64,000 nucleotides of DNA from an uncultured Candidatus Saccharibacteria bacterium (GCA_964473815.1 CAYYQK010000001.1:243845-307844), one strand, 5' to 3'. Positions 28,651-38,411 are shown, numbered from the stretch's first letter. The notes: a model not told the origin generated them from the letters alone. A program made the numbers and translations.

Positions 28651-30060
28651 ATGGCCACCACTGACAACAATTTGATAGATCGTTTGCCACCACAAAACCT
28701 CGAAGCAGAGACGGCGCTTTTGGGCTGTTTAATGCTCGACAAGGATGCCATCATTAAAGTGGCTGACCAAATTATTTCGGATGATTTCTACGACTACAGA
28801 CACCGACTTATTTACGAAGCAATTTTAGAATTATTCGAACGGAATGTTTCCATCGACGTTTTGACTTGTTCTAATCTGCTCGATGAAAAAGGCTTAACAG
28901 AAAAAGTTGGCGGTTCTTCATATTTAGCAAGTTTGGTTAATGCAGTGCCTTCGGCTGCGCACGCAACTTATTACGCTAGCATTGTGCGCAAAAAAGGAAC
29001 GCTTCGTCGCTTAATTCAATCGGCTTCCGAAATTACAAATTTAGCATTCACCGAAGAGGGTGAGATCGAAACTATTTTAGATAGCGCTGAACAAAAGCTC
29101 TACAATATTTCCCAAAAACATTTAAAGCAAAACTTTATTCCAATTAGCAGCGTGCTCCACGAAACTTTTGAGCGTATTGATTTGCTTCACCGCGATAAAG
29201 ATCAAGGCCGTTTGCGGGGTCTTCCAACTGGATTTTTCGATCTCGATAAAAAGCTCGGGGGTCTACAAAAATCTGACCTGATAATCTTGGCAGCACGTCC
29301 TTCCATGGGAAAAACTTCTTTGGCTTTGGACATTATGCGCTATGTTGCAGTGCACACTAAAACTCCTGTGGGCATCTTTTCACTGGAAATGAGTAAGGAC
29401 CAGTTGGTGGATCGTTTACTTTCTGCACAAACTGACATTGATTTTTGGAAAATCCGTACCGGCCAACTCGAAGACGACGATTTCGAACGTTTACAAGAAG
29501 GCATGGGTTTGCTCGCAGACTCACCTATTTATATTGATGATGCTGCCGGACTAAACATCATGGAAATTCGTACCAAGGCTCGTCGCCTGCAAGCAGAACA
29601 CAACCTAGGCCTAGTGATTGTCGACTATTTGCAGTTGATGGCAGGCCGCAACACTGACAACCGTGTGCAAGAAGTTTCCGAAATTTCTCGATCCCTTAAA
29701 ATTTTAGCTCGTGAATTAAACGTGCCGGTTTTAGCTTTGTCTCAGCTATCGCGTGGGGTTGAACAGCGCCCTGACAAATTGCCACAACTTTCGGACTTGC
29801 GTGAATCAGGTTCAATCGAGCAAGATGCTGACATCGTTATGTTTATTTACCGCGAAGATATGTACAAAGCCCCCGATCAAGCTGACACCGGTGTTGCTAA
29901 AATTTTGATTAAGAAACATCGTAACGGTCCGACTGGTGACATCGACTTGAACTTCGACGGCAGCAAGACTTCCTTCAGCAATCGAACTACTGCATTTGAT
30001 ACTTCACCACAAGCAGTGATGCAAACTTTGACCGCGCCTGACGCAACTGAAGAGATTTAA
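28651..30060 (+). CDS. dnaB: Replicative DNA helicase
   Basis: Walker A ARPSMGKTSLALD plus DnaB N-terminal and RecA-like motifs. Confidence 0.9.
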   Translation: MATTDNNLIDRLPPQNLEAETALLGCLMLDKDAIIKVADQIISDDFYDYRHRLIYEAILELFERNVSIDVLTCSNLLDEKGLTEKVGGSSYLASLVNAVPSAAHATYYASIVRKKGTLRRLIQSASEITNLAFTEEGEIETILDSAEQKLYNISQKHLKQNFIPISSVLHETFERIDLLHRDKDQGRLRGLPTGFFDLDKKLGGLQKSDLIILAARPSMGKTSLALDIMRYVAVHTKTPVGIFSLEMSKDQLVDRLLSAQTDIDFWKIRTGQLEDDDFERLQEGMGLLADSPIYIDDAAGLNIMEIRTKARRLQAEHNLGLVIVDYLQLMAGRNTDNRVQEVSEISRSLKILARELNVPVLALSQLSRGVEQRPDKLPQLSDLRESGSIEQDADIVMFIYREDMYKAPDQADTGVAKILIKKHRNGPTGDIDLNFDGSKTSFSNRTTAFDTSPQAVMQTLTAPDATEEI

Positions 30061-30074
30061 TTTAAAATAAATTT

Positions 30075-30686
30075 GTGCTAAAACTCCCTTCCTCGCTCGA
30101 GCGAGTAATAAATGAATTTGGAAAACTTCCAGGCATTGGGCCAAAGACTGCCCAGCGCCTAGCTTTTTATTTGCTAAAAAAAGACTCGATAGAAATTAAT
30201 GGTTTGTCCGACGCTGTCCGCGGTTTAAAAACTGATATTACTTTTTGTTCACAGTGCCACAACATGGCCGAAAGCGACCCGTGCAGTATTTGCGCTGATC
30301 AAAACCGTGATCACACTTTAATCTGCGTTGTCGAAGAACCTCTTGATGCCTTAGCAATCGATAAAACTGGTCAATTTAAAGGCGTGTTCCATATTTTGGG
30401 TGGCGTTTTAAACCCAATGGAAGGTATTGGACCAGAAGCACTCAACATAGCATCTCTACAAAAACGAGTTATTGATTTAGGTGCAAAAGAAATTATTATT
30501 GCCACAAACCCCACCCTCGAAGGGGAAACTACTGCTATGCATATTTCTAAAGCACTTGGTGGCACGCAAGGTGAAAACGCCGTTCGCATCACCCGCATTG
30601 CGCGAGGCTTACCTATGGGCGGCGACTTGGAATACGCTGACGAAATAACTTTGTCGCGTGCACTCGAAGGCCGCAGAGATTTTTAA
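30075..30686 (+). CDS. recR: Recombination protein RecR
   Basis: C4 zinc finger CSQCHN...CSICAD and Toprim domain. Confidence 0.9.
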   Translation: MLKLPSSLERVINEFGKLPGIGPKTAQRLAFYLLKKDSIEINGLSDAVRGLKTDITFCSQCHNMAESDPCSICADQNRDHTLICVVEEPLDALAIDKTGQFKGVFHILGGVLNPMEGIGPEALNIASLQKRVIDLGAKEIIIATNPTLEGETTAMHISKALGGTQGENAVRITRIARGLPMGGDLEYADEITLSRALEGRRDF

Positions 30687-30687
30687 A

Positions 30688-31770
30688 TTATTGCGGGGTC
30701 AATCTTGAAGTAACCACAACCGGGACTGTATTTCCACCGCGACTTACTTCGAAGGTCACTGTATCGCCCGGCGTAATGGCTAATAACAGACTTTGCAAAG
30801 AAGTATCATCTTCTAATTTTTTATTGTTAACAGATGTAATTATATCGCCTACTTGTAAACCAGCACTGGCTGCAGGACCACCTTTAACAACAGAAGTCAC
30901 TTGCGAACCTGCCACTAACTGAACCGCGCGAGCTTCTGGTGATGACAACTGTTTAAAGTTAAACCCAAAGCCCGGTCGTAATACTTGTTTATTATTTTTG
31001 AAAAAGTCGTTAGCAAATTGTTGGAGTGCCACGCTACTCGCAACCGCATTGCCATCCCACATACCTGCAAGCTTGCCATCTAAACTTATGACAGCCTGAC
31101 CAGGTGCTAAAGTTCCAACAGTTTGTATATTCAAAACGCGTTGATCGCGGTCGCTGTTAAATTCAGCACCGAAATAGTCGGTTGGATATGTTCGCAAATA
31201 ACTTTCTAAGAAAGTAGTCTTATTTGCAGCCATGGAATTCAAAACCATTAACATCTTTTGGCCAGGGCGAAGATCGCTCAACTGAACAGGTTCTACGGTA
31301 GAGCTATTGCGCGCATCAGTAGCGAGCATAACAAGGTTACTTGCAGTATCCTCGTACGAACTTTTTACAGGGAAAATATCGCCATTACTTAAGATGACAG
31401 CATAAGTTTTATTAGGAACTGCTAAAGCAGATTGAGAAGTAATGAAGTAACCATCAGCGGTCCAGTTTACAGCACCACCTGCCAAAACCACATGGGAATT
31501 AGCGCCGGAGCCATCGTAATATACAACTAAAGAAAGTTTAGATTTGATTGCATTGGTTGTTTCAATGGCATCGTTTGCATCACTAACCCGAACAGTTTCG
31601 CGGTTAGTCACCACGATAGGCGCGCGTGGGTTAAACAAATTCCAATTTCTCAATACCGGCAACGTACCTAACCGAGCTGACAAATAATTTCCGAACACTA
31701 TTAAAATCGCCAAGGCTAACACCACGGAAACGAATATGCTAATTAATAATTGCCATTTACGCATAAACAA
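30688..31770 (-). CDS. HtrA/DegP-like membrane-anchored protein with C-terminal PDZ domain; catalytic Ser apparently substituted
   Basis: His region HVVLAGG and Asp region NLVMLATD are conserved. The GNSGGP position reads PGQAVIS. The PDZ GLQVGDIITSVNNKKL is present. Confidence 0.6.
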   Translation of the reverse strand: MFMRKWQLLISIFVSVVLALAILIVFGNYLSARLGTLPVLRNWNLFNPRAPIVVTNRETVRVSDANDAIETTNAIKSKLSLVVYYDGSGANSHVVLAGGAVNWTADGYFITSQSALAVPNKTYAVILSNGDIFPVKSSYEDTASNLVMLATDARNSSTVEPVQLSDLRPGQKMLMVLNSMAANKTTFLESYLRTYPTDYFGAEFNSDRDQRVLNIQTVGTLAPGQAVISLDGKLAGMWDGNAVASSVALQQFANDFFKNNKQVLRPGFGFNFKQLSSPEARAVQLVAGSQVTSVVKGGPAASAGLQVGDIITSVNNKKLEDDTSLQSLLLAITPGDTVTFEVSRGGNTVPVVVTSRLTPQ

Positions 31771-31779
31771 AAAATAAAT

Positions 31780-32571
31780 TTAAGATTGGATGCTCCACGG
31801 TGTGGAAATCAACATTATCACAACCAAGACAACTGCAAAAAATAAATGAAACTGAATTTGCTTGCGTGTCAGTGTTCTATATAGATAATGATAGTAAATA
31901 ATCCACAACACGTACAGCACATTAAAGGTAAAGACTGCTAAGGCTGTGTAGTGTAATGGTAAAAAACTTACTCCCCAAAAAAATTCAGTTGTAAAAAGTG
32001 CTAAAGATAAAGCTGCCATCCACTTTACTAACGGTGCATGTGGAACGAATTCAAAAGTGGTTCGAACTAAAACAGCTACTGACAAAAATACAATTCCCAA
32101 ATAGATAACACCTGGCAAAATGAAGTAATAACTAAAGCCAAAAAGTGTTAATAACAACGCAGCTGAGGTTAACAAAAACTCATTCCAGCCCAATTGTTGG
32201 CCATTATTTCCTACCAAGCTTTCAAAGAAAAAAATTATTGGCAAACTAATTAGCAGAAACAGTCCGCGGCCAATTCCTGATGGCACTAAGAAATATAATC
32301 CAAACCATGCCAACAAGAAAAAAGGCAAACGCAACCACAACCACTTATTAAACTGATCTTTGCTGCGCATGTACCAATAGTTATAACCAGCTACACTGCC
32401 AACATAAATAGCGAATGCAGGAATCAAAAAACGAAACACTGGCATAGGTGCTGCAAATAATTGAGTTATCACCAAAAAACAAATGGCAACAACAGCGCTA
32501 ACGATTATGTGAATTCTGTTTGACATATAGAATAATTGCGAGGATTGCCAAGCCAAACGCGACAACTGCAT
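31780..32571 (-). CDS. Polytopic membrane protein, unknown function
   Basis: Seven or eight hydrophobic helices. Overlaps the 3' end of lgt. Confidence 0.45.
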   Translation of the reverse strand: MQLSRLAWQSSQLFYMSNRIHIIVSAVVAICFLVITQLFAAPMPVFRFLIPAFAIYVGSVAGYNYWYMRSKDQFNKWLWLRLPFFLLAWFGLYFLVPSGIGRGLFLLISLPIIFFFESLVGNNGQQLGWNEFLLTSAALLLTLFGFSYYFILPGVIYLGIVFLSVAVLVRTTFEFVPHAPLVKWMAALSLALFTTEFFWGVSFLPLHYTALAVFTFNVLYVLWIIYYHYLYRTLTRKQIQFHLFFAVVLVVIMLISTPWSIQS

Positions 32572-33364
32572 TCATGCGAATTCCCGCATGAAAAACACTG
32601 TCCAAGCGTATAAACTCTAGGAAAAACCTCAGTCCATTATACAGGAATAACCATAGCAAGAAAAGGTGCCCAGTACGCGGATTTATACGGATCAAAATAA
32701 TGAAAATCACCAATGACCCCATCGCTTCATACAAAAATAATGGATGATAAAAAGAAACTTGTTCATATCCCGGCAATCTAAATTGCTCTGGCACGAACAT
32801 TTTCCAGGGTAAATTTGTCGGATACCCATAGAGCTCGTAATTAAAGAAGTTGCCGAAGCGGCCGATTGCTTGACCTAATACGACGGCCGGCGTTAACCAA
32901 TCAAGCAATTGTATTAAACTATATTTTTTAGAAAATTTTATGTAAGCGAGCAAACCGATAATGCCGCCAATACCTGCGCCAAAAATTCCCAGACCACCAT
33001 TCCACACAGCAATGATTTGCGCTGGGTGCTGCAAATAGTAACCGAATGATGAAACAACATGATACAGGCGCGCGCCAATAAACCCGCAGACAAGAACAAT
33101 AAAAATAATAGTGTCTAAATCCTCGCTTTTTATTTCGTACACTGGCGCGCGCCGAACACTCAACCAATATCCTAATAGTGCTGCTGCGCCTAAAATCAAA
33201 CCATAATATTGAATGTGTAACCCAAATAAATTTATATTGCGAGGCAAAATCAGAGACCCGCTAAAAATTGGTTCTAAAAATATAAACAAGACAAAAAAAC
33301 CGACTCCGCCAATGGCGAGGGCGGTTAATACAATCTTTAGCCAATTGTTGGGCTTCTCATCCAT
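32498..33364 (-). CDS. lgt: Prolipoprotein diacylglyceryl transferase
   Basis: Lgt signature GQAIGRFGNFFNYELYG...PW and GARLYHV. Confidence 0.85.
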   Translation of the reverse strand: MDEKPNNWLKIVLTALAIGGVGFFVLFIFLEPIFSGSLILPRNINLFGLHIQYYGLILGAAALLGYWLSVRRAPVYEIKSEDLDTIIFIVLVCGFIGARLYHVVSSFGYYLQHPAQIIAVWNGGLGIFGAGIGGIIGLLAYIKFSKKYSLIQLLDWLTPAVVLGQAIGRFGNFFNYELYGYPTNLPWKMFVPEQFRLPGYEQVSFYHPLFLYEAMGSLVIFIILIRINPRTGHLFLLWLFLYNGLRFFLEFIRLDSVFHAGIRMNAVVAFGLAILAIILYVKQNSHNR

Positions 33365-33378
33365 GTTTTATCTAAAAA

Positions 33379-33957
33379 TTAAAATAAAACTTCTTGGCGA
33401 AACACTCCCATGCGACCCACTGGTTCAGTGCAGGCCAATGGCAATTCGCGAACATTAAAGTAATCCCGATATAACAACTTTTGATTCTTTAATGCATAAT
33501 CGTAAACCTGTTTGGTTACGCGAACATCGTCTAGACAATATTTTTTTAGTAAATCCATGCGTCCGTTTCGGTAATACAACAATGCTTCCAAACCATTTCC
33601 GGACTTTCCACTCCCTAAAGTCCCTTGTGCTACGGATTCCAACTTTAATCTATGCCCTATCGCTTTTTCGATTTCTTCCAACAAATCGTAGTACGGCAAT
33701 GAATCAATGTTGAAATTCAGGTATGGCTGCAAAACGGCAAAATCAAAATTTTTAATATTAAAGCCAATGATTTGGTCAGCTGATTGCAAAATTGGGGCTA
33801 ATCGGGGTAATTCATGCTCTTCATAAATAGAATATTGGTCCGTGCTGTAATCATAAATTCCGCAAACCGAGATCTTAAGCAAATGGTTTTTGCCTCGACC
33901 GCCGACTTCTTCGAATGATTTTTGTGTTTCCAAATCTAAAACAATCTTTTTGAGCAT
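33379..33957 (-). CDS. DEDDy-family 3'-5' exonuclease
   Basis: Exo I LDLETQ, Exo II GFNIKNFDFAVL, Exo III YCLDDVRVT. Confidence 0.6.
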   Translation of the reverse strand: MLKKIVLDLETQKSFEEVGGRGKNHLLKISVCGIYDYSTDQYSIYEEHELPRLAPILQSADQIIGFNIKNFDFAVLQPYLNFNIDSLPYYDLLEEIEKAIGHRLKLESVAQGTLGSGKSGNGLEALLYYRNGRMDLLKKYCLDDVRVTKQVYDYALKNQKLLYRDYFNVRELPLACTEPVGRMGVFRQEVLF

Positions 33958-34094
33958 GATTTTTGTTTTTGTTTCTCCAGGTTTTAGTCTTTTCTTAATT
34001 ATAAACCAGTCCCGGATTTTTGTGAATTGTGGACAACACTTTGTGGCTTAAATATAAGAGATTTTATAATTTTCAGCTCCTGTGGATTATGCTA

Positions 34095-34123
34095 TTGACA
34101 AGAGTTAGGATTTATTGTAATAT
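34095..34123 (+). promoter_or_regulatory. Candidate promoter TTGACA-N17-TAATAT
   Basis: Consensus-like hexamers 450 nt upstream of aspS. Confidence 0.4.
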
Positions 34124-34330
34124 GTCTTAGCTAAAGGTTTTCTCCCATGCTCATCGGGAGATTCTTGATCAAAGAATCTGAGCAGAGTTCTGGCAACGTG
34201 GACCGACCCCAAAATCGGTCCCCGCAATCATACAATCACATCCAGGAGGATGTACATCATAAATGATCGCTATTAAGCGATCGCAATGGCCCGCATGCGA
34301 AAGACAATGTACTTTCTCGAGACATACTTC

Positions 34331-34367
34331 GAAAAGACACTTTCTGTAGCGGGTCTTTTCTTTTTGC
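34331..34367 (+). terminator. Terminator-like hairpin (GAAAAGAC-14 nt-GTCTTTTC) plus T-run
   Basis: Read directly. It lies between the upstream promoter and the T-box core. Confidence 0.4.
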
Positions 34368-34394
34368 GCTTTTACCCGGCTTCTGATATAATTA

Positions 34395-34533
34395 TTTTAG
34401 CGTTGAAGCTTATAACACGGCTGAGCTTAACTAAATAGAACGAGGCTGCAACTCGCAGCAAAGTAAGGTGGCACCGCGCCCCCCTTAAGCGCCCTTACAA
34501 ACTACTCATCTTGGGTATTTTGTAAGGGTTTTT
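34395..34533 (+). promoter_or_regulatory. T-box riboswitch (antiterminator/terminator core) in the aspS leader
   Basis: GGTGGCACCGCG at 34467-34478. Antiterminator A1 GTAAGG/CCTTAC with 7-nt bulge TGGCACC and A2 GCGC/GCGC. Competing terminator CCCTTACAAA/TTTGTAAGGG plus TTTTT at 34492-34533. A local promoter TTGCGC-N17-TATAAT lies at 34364-34392. Confidence 0.6.
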
Positions 34534-34545
34534 AAGTACAAATAT

Positions 34546-36315
34546 ATGGAAAGAACACTGGCGAAAGATACGCCGCAACTAAAAAACAAAGAAATCCTAC
34601 TAAAAGGCTGGGTTAACAATTCCCGCGATCATGGTGGTTTGATCTTTATTGATCTTCGCGACCACACTGGTTTAGTACAACTAACGATACATCCTGAACA
34701 GGTTGAAGCTTTTAAAGTTGCCGAGACTGTGCGCGATGAATTTGTGTTGCAAGCCAAAGGAACCGTTATCCCTCGCGAACCAGGGTTAGTAAACAAAAAT
34801 ATTCCATCTGGTGAAATCGAAGTCATTGTTTCTGACCTGGTGGTTTTGAATAAATCTGATGTCTTGCCTTTCCCGGTTTCGCACGGCACTGAAGAAGTAA
34901 ATGAAGAGCTTCGGTTGAAGTATCGCTTTTTAGACTTACGCCGCCAAAAAATGCAGGATCGCTTAGTACGCCGCGACAAATTCAATATTGCGATCCGAGA
35001 CTACATGCACACGCATGATTTTACCGAAGTCACCACACCAATTTTAACTTCGTCTAGTCCAGAAGGTGCGCGCGACTATTTAGTACCGTCTCGTTTGCAT
35101 CCAGGACAATTTTACGCACTTCCACAAGCTCCACAACAGTTTAAACAATTGTTAATGGTTGGTGGGCTGCCTCGTTATTTCCAAATCGCGCCATGCTTCC
35201 GTGATGAAGATCCACGCGCAGATCGCCACCCGGGTGAGTTTTACCAACTCGATGTGGAAATGTCTTTTGTAGAAAATGGTGAAGATGTTCGCTCTACAAT
35301 TGAACCTCTAATTGTTTCTCTGGTAAAAGATTTTGCTGGCAAAGAATTGGTTTCAACTGCTGTGCCACGCATCCCTTATAGTGTTGCTATGGATAAATAC
35401 GGCTCGGATAAGCCTGATTTACGCTTTGGTATGGAAATGGTAGATCTCACCAAAGATTTAGAAAACACTGGGTTTAGTGTATTCTCTAGCGCGATTCAAA
35501 AGGGCGGCGTTGTGAAAGCAATTGCGGGACCAGGTGCGCACTTGTCTCGAAGCCAAATTGACGAACTTACTGAAATGGCCAAGCGCGACGGCGCTGGCGG
35601 CTTGGCTTACATCCAAATGACCGCAGAAGGCTCAAAGTCCCCTATCTTAAAATTCTTGGAAGCTGGTGAGTTGCTTGCCATTACATCTAAAACTGGTGCT
35701 AAGCAAGGCGACATTATTTTCTTTGGTGCCGATGAGCGTGCGATTGTAAACAAAGTTTTGGGTAACTTACGTTCGACTCTGGGCGATTGGTTCAACTTGA
35801 AAGATCCTTCTAAGGTTGCGCTCGTGTGGATTATTGACTTCCCTCTTTATGAATATGATGAAAAGGAAAAGAAAATTGATTTCTCACATAACCCTTTCTC
35901 TATGCCAGTTGGTGGCTTGAGCGCTTTTGAAAATTCTGAGCCTCTCGACATTAAAGCCGACCAATACGACATGGTAGCAAACGGTTACGAAATTTGCTCA
36001 GGTGCAATTCGTAACTTTAACCCAGATGTGATGTACAAAGCGTTTGGTTTGGTTGGTATTAGCTCGGCTGAAGTAGACGAAAAGTTTGGCGCGATGATTC
36101 GCGCATTCAAGTTCGGAGCACCGCCGCACGGTGGTTGTGCTTTTGGTCTTGATCGCCTATTTATGATTCTGGAAGATGAGCCAAACATTCGCGAAGTAAT
36201 GGCCTTTCCAAAAAACGGCTCTGCCATCGACTTGCTCATGAATGCACCATCAGAAGTTGATCCAAAACAACTTAAAGATTTGCATATTAAATTGGATATT
36301 ACTCCAAAAAATTAA
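34546..36315 (+). CDS. aspS: Aspartyl-tRNA synthetase (bacterial type with GAD insertion)
   Basis: QAPQQFKQLLMVGGLPRYFQIAPCFRDEDPRADRHPGEFYQLDVEMSF motif 2 region. 589 aa. Confidence 0.9.
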   Translation: MERTLAKDTPQLKNKEILLKGWVNNSRDHGGLIFIDLRDHTGLVQLTIHPEQVEAFKVAETVRDEFVLQAKGTVIPREPGLVNKNIPSGEIEVIVSDLVVLNKSDVLPFPVSHGTEEVNEELRLKYRFLDLRRQKMQDRLVRRDKFNIAIRDYMHTHDFTEVTTPILTSSSPEGARDYLVPSRLHPGQFYALPQAPQQFKQLLMVGGLPRYFQIAPCFRDEDPRADRHPGEFYQLDVEMSFVENGEDVRSTIEPLIVSLVKDFAGKELVSTAVPRIPYSVAMDKYGSDKPDLRFGMEMVDLTKDLENTGFSVFSSAIQKGGVVKAIAGPGAHLSRSQIDELTEMAKRDGAGGLAYIQMTAEGSKSPILKFLEAGELLAITSKTGAKQGDIIFFGADERAIVNKVLGNLRSTLGDWFNLKDPSKVALVWIIDFPLYEYDEKEKKIDFSHNPFSMPVGGLSAFENSEPLDIKADQYDMVANGYEICSGAIRNFNPDVMYKAFGLVGISSAEVDEKFGAMIRAFKFGAPPHGGCAFGLDRLFMILEDEPNIREVMAFPKNGSAIDLLMNAPSEVDPKQLKDLHIKLDITPKN

Positions 36316-36324
36316 TAAAAACCG

Positions 36325-36573
36325 ATGATTGAAAACGAAAATCAAAACCGAACCCCAAGCGTTGATAATCAGCCGCAGCCTAAAAATTACACGATCGAAA
36401 TAATAATTTTATCTGTGATCATCGGCGTATATTTCTTGCTCTGGCCTTTGCTTTTAACTTTTGGAAATAAAGATATATTATTATTGTTTTTACTACTTAT
36501 ACTGGGCACTCCGGTTGCAGCCGGTGCTTTCATAGTTCTGATAATTCTATTAGTGAGAAAAAGTTTAAAATAA
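36325..36573 (+). CDS. Small membrane protein (82 aa)
   Basis: Two hydrophobic helices. Confidence 0.4.
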   Translation: MIENENQNRTPSVDNQPQPKNYTIEIIILSVIIGVYFLLWPLLLTFGNKDILLLFLLLILGTPVAAGAFIVLIILLVRKSLK

Positions 36574-36589
36574 TTGCAATCCAAAGATA

Positions 36590-37390
36590 GTGACACAAAT
36601 AAAAATACAACAATTTGAAGGTCCGCTGGATTTACTACTTAATCTGATAGAGCAACAACAGTTGGATATTACCCAAATTTCTCTGGCGCAAGTTACAGAG
36701 CAGTTTTTACAATATGTAAAACAGCTTGAGGAAAAAAATGCTACGCAGTTAGCCGACTACTTAAGTATTGCTGCAAAGCTTTTGGTTATAAAGTCAAAGG
36801 CGATTTTGCCGAGTCTCGAAGTTGAAACTGTCGAAGAGGAAGCAGAAGAAGATTTAGCTACGAAGTTGCTACGCTACAAACAGTTTAAAGAAGCAGCAAA
36901 ATACTTTAAAAACCTAGATTCCCGCGGTTTGCAAAGCTTTACACGCACTAGCGTGTTTTCCGAACGAGTGCATTTTTTCCCAGATCCTTCCATAGACGCC
37001 AGTCGTTTACGCAAAGCTGTGGACGCTGTTGTAAATTCCCTAAAAGAACTTGATAACTTACCGAAAGCAAAAATCCGTGAAGCCATTTCTATTCAGGAAA
37101 AAATCGAGAGTTTGCAAATGAAATTATCGAGTCAGATTGAGACAAAGCTAAGCGATCTACTGGCAACTGCGAAAAATAAAGAAGAAGTTATCATCACTTT
37201 TCTGGCCTTACTTGAGTTAATTAAACAGCGGATGTTTAGTGTTGAGCAAAATATGCTGTTTACAGATATAACTATAAAAAAGTATGAAGCATCAGTGGCA
37301 GATCCAGAGGAACCAGAAGTTGAAGAGGCTGAAGACGAGGAAGAAGATGACGACGAGGACGAGCAAGACGACGACGAAGATGAAGAGTAA
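36590..37390 (+). CDS. scpA: Segregation and condensation protein A with poly-acidic tail
   Basis: FEGPLDLLLNLIEQQQLDITQISLAQVTEQF kleisin N-terminus. Followed by scpB. Confidence 0.85.
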   Translation: MTQIKIQQFEGPLDLLLNLIEQQQLDITQISLAQVTEQFLQYVKQLEEKNATQLADYLSIAAKLLVIKSKAILPSLEVETVEEEAEEDLATKLLRYKQFKEAAKYFKNLDSRGLQSFTRTSVFSERVHFFPDPSIDASRLRKAVDAVVNSLKELDNLPKAKIREAISIQEKIESLQMKLSSQIETKLSDLLATAKNKEEVIITFLALLELIKQRMFSVEQNMLFTDITIKKYEASVADPEEPEVEEAEDEEEDDDEDEQDDDEDEE

Positions 37391-37410
37391 TTTAATGATA
37401 TAATTTAGCA

Positions 37411-38037
37411 ATGGACGATCTTATCAGCAAAGTTGAAAGTTTATTGTTCGTTTCGAACAAACCACTAACTTTAAAACAATTAGTTAAGTTTACCGAAGGC
37501 TCAGAAGCCGATGTCTCTGCGGCCCTAGAACAATTATCCACACTTCGAAACAATGGTGGCGTAGTGCTTTTAAACGCGCCCGATGGCTATCAGATGGCAA
37601 CAAATAGTGCTAACGCTGAAATAGTAAAAAACTTTTTGAATGCGGATTTGCGCGAATCATTAACTGAAGCCACCGTGGAAGTGCTGGCTATTATTGGTTA
37701 TCGCCAACCAATATCAAAAGCAGAAATCGAATCGATCCGCGGTGTGAACTCGCAATACTCTTTACGCGCTTTGTTAATGCGCGGCTTGATTGAAAAAATT
37801 CCAAATCCAAATGATGCCCGCGGTTCACTCTACCAAGTAACCACCGAATTCTTGCAACAAATGGGAATTACCTCTGTTGCCGACTTACCTGACTTTGCCG
37901 AACTCGTGAGCAAAATTCAATTGCCTGAACTAGCCGGCTTGAACGCCGAAGCCGCAGCCGAAGCTGCCTCGGAAACCCCGATCGACCAAGAATCGGCACA
38001 AGAAAAAGAAATCGGCGACGAAGCGCATCAGGAGTAA
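37411..38037 (+). CDS. scpB: Segregation and condensation protein B
   Basis: Tandem winged-helix signature (LEALLFVS-like VESLLFVSNKPLT, IIGYRQPISKAEIESIRGV). Confidence 0.85.
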   Translation: MDDLISKVESLLFVSNKPLTLKQLVKFTEGSEADVSAALEQLSTLRNNGGVVLLNAPDGYQMATNSANAEIVKNFLNADLRESLTEATVEVLAIIGYRQPISKAEIESIRGVNSQYSLRALLMRGLIEKIPNPNDARGSLYQVTTEFLQQMGITSVADLPDFAELVSKIQLPELAGLNAEAAAEAASETPIDQESAQEKEIGDEAHQE

Positions 38038-38252
38038 ATAAAAACCACTGCTACTGTGGCAGTGGTCCGTAAGACTCTTTCGGGGAAGATGGCACTTCCC
38101 TATTTAATTTTACGTTTTGGCAACCGAGAGCAAGCAAAGCTAACACTGCGGCGGCAAATAATATTTTTTTCATGGTTAAAAATTGCTTTTCTTAAGTATG
38201 GCATATTTTCTTAGTTTTTGATAGAATATACAAAGTTTAACAACAAATTTTT

Positions 38253-38327
38253 GCCGCCATCGTCTAGTGGTTAGGACTTGTGATTCTCATTCACACAACC
38301 GGGGTTCGATTCCCCGTGGCGGTACCA
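38253..38327 (+). tRNA. trnE: tRNA-Glu (anticodon CTC)
   Basis: Acceptor GCCGCCA/TGGCGGT with G-U. Anticodon stem TGTGA/TCACA with loop TTCTCAT. T-arm CGGGG-TTCGATT-CCCCG. Encoded CCA. Confidence 0.85.
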
Positions 38328-38359
38328 TCTGGCTCAGGCCGGTTTTTATTTTTGCAAAA

Positions 38360-38386
38360 TTAAAGGTGCCCTTGCGGGCACCCTAA
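38360..38386 (-). terminator. Intrinsic terminator for the 38412 gene (GGTGCCC-TTGC-GGGCACC, T-run on minus strand)
   Basis: Read directly. Confidence 0.55.
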
Positions 38387-38411
38387 TGGTTAAATTTATT
38401 ACTACAATAAA

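Noticed and set aside
38050-38172. 40-aa minus-strand mini-ORF with a signal-peptide-like start (MKKILFAAAVLALLALGC)
   Set aside because: It is below the size threshold, has no RBS evidence, and lies in the scpB terminator region. It is noted only as a possible micro-lipoprotein.
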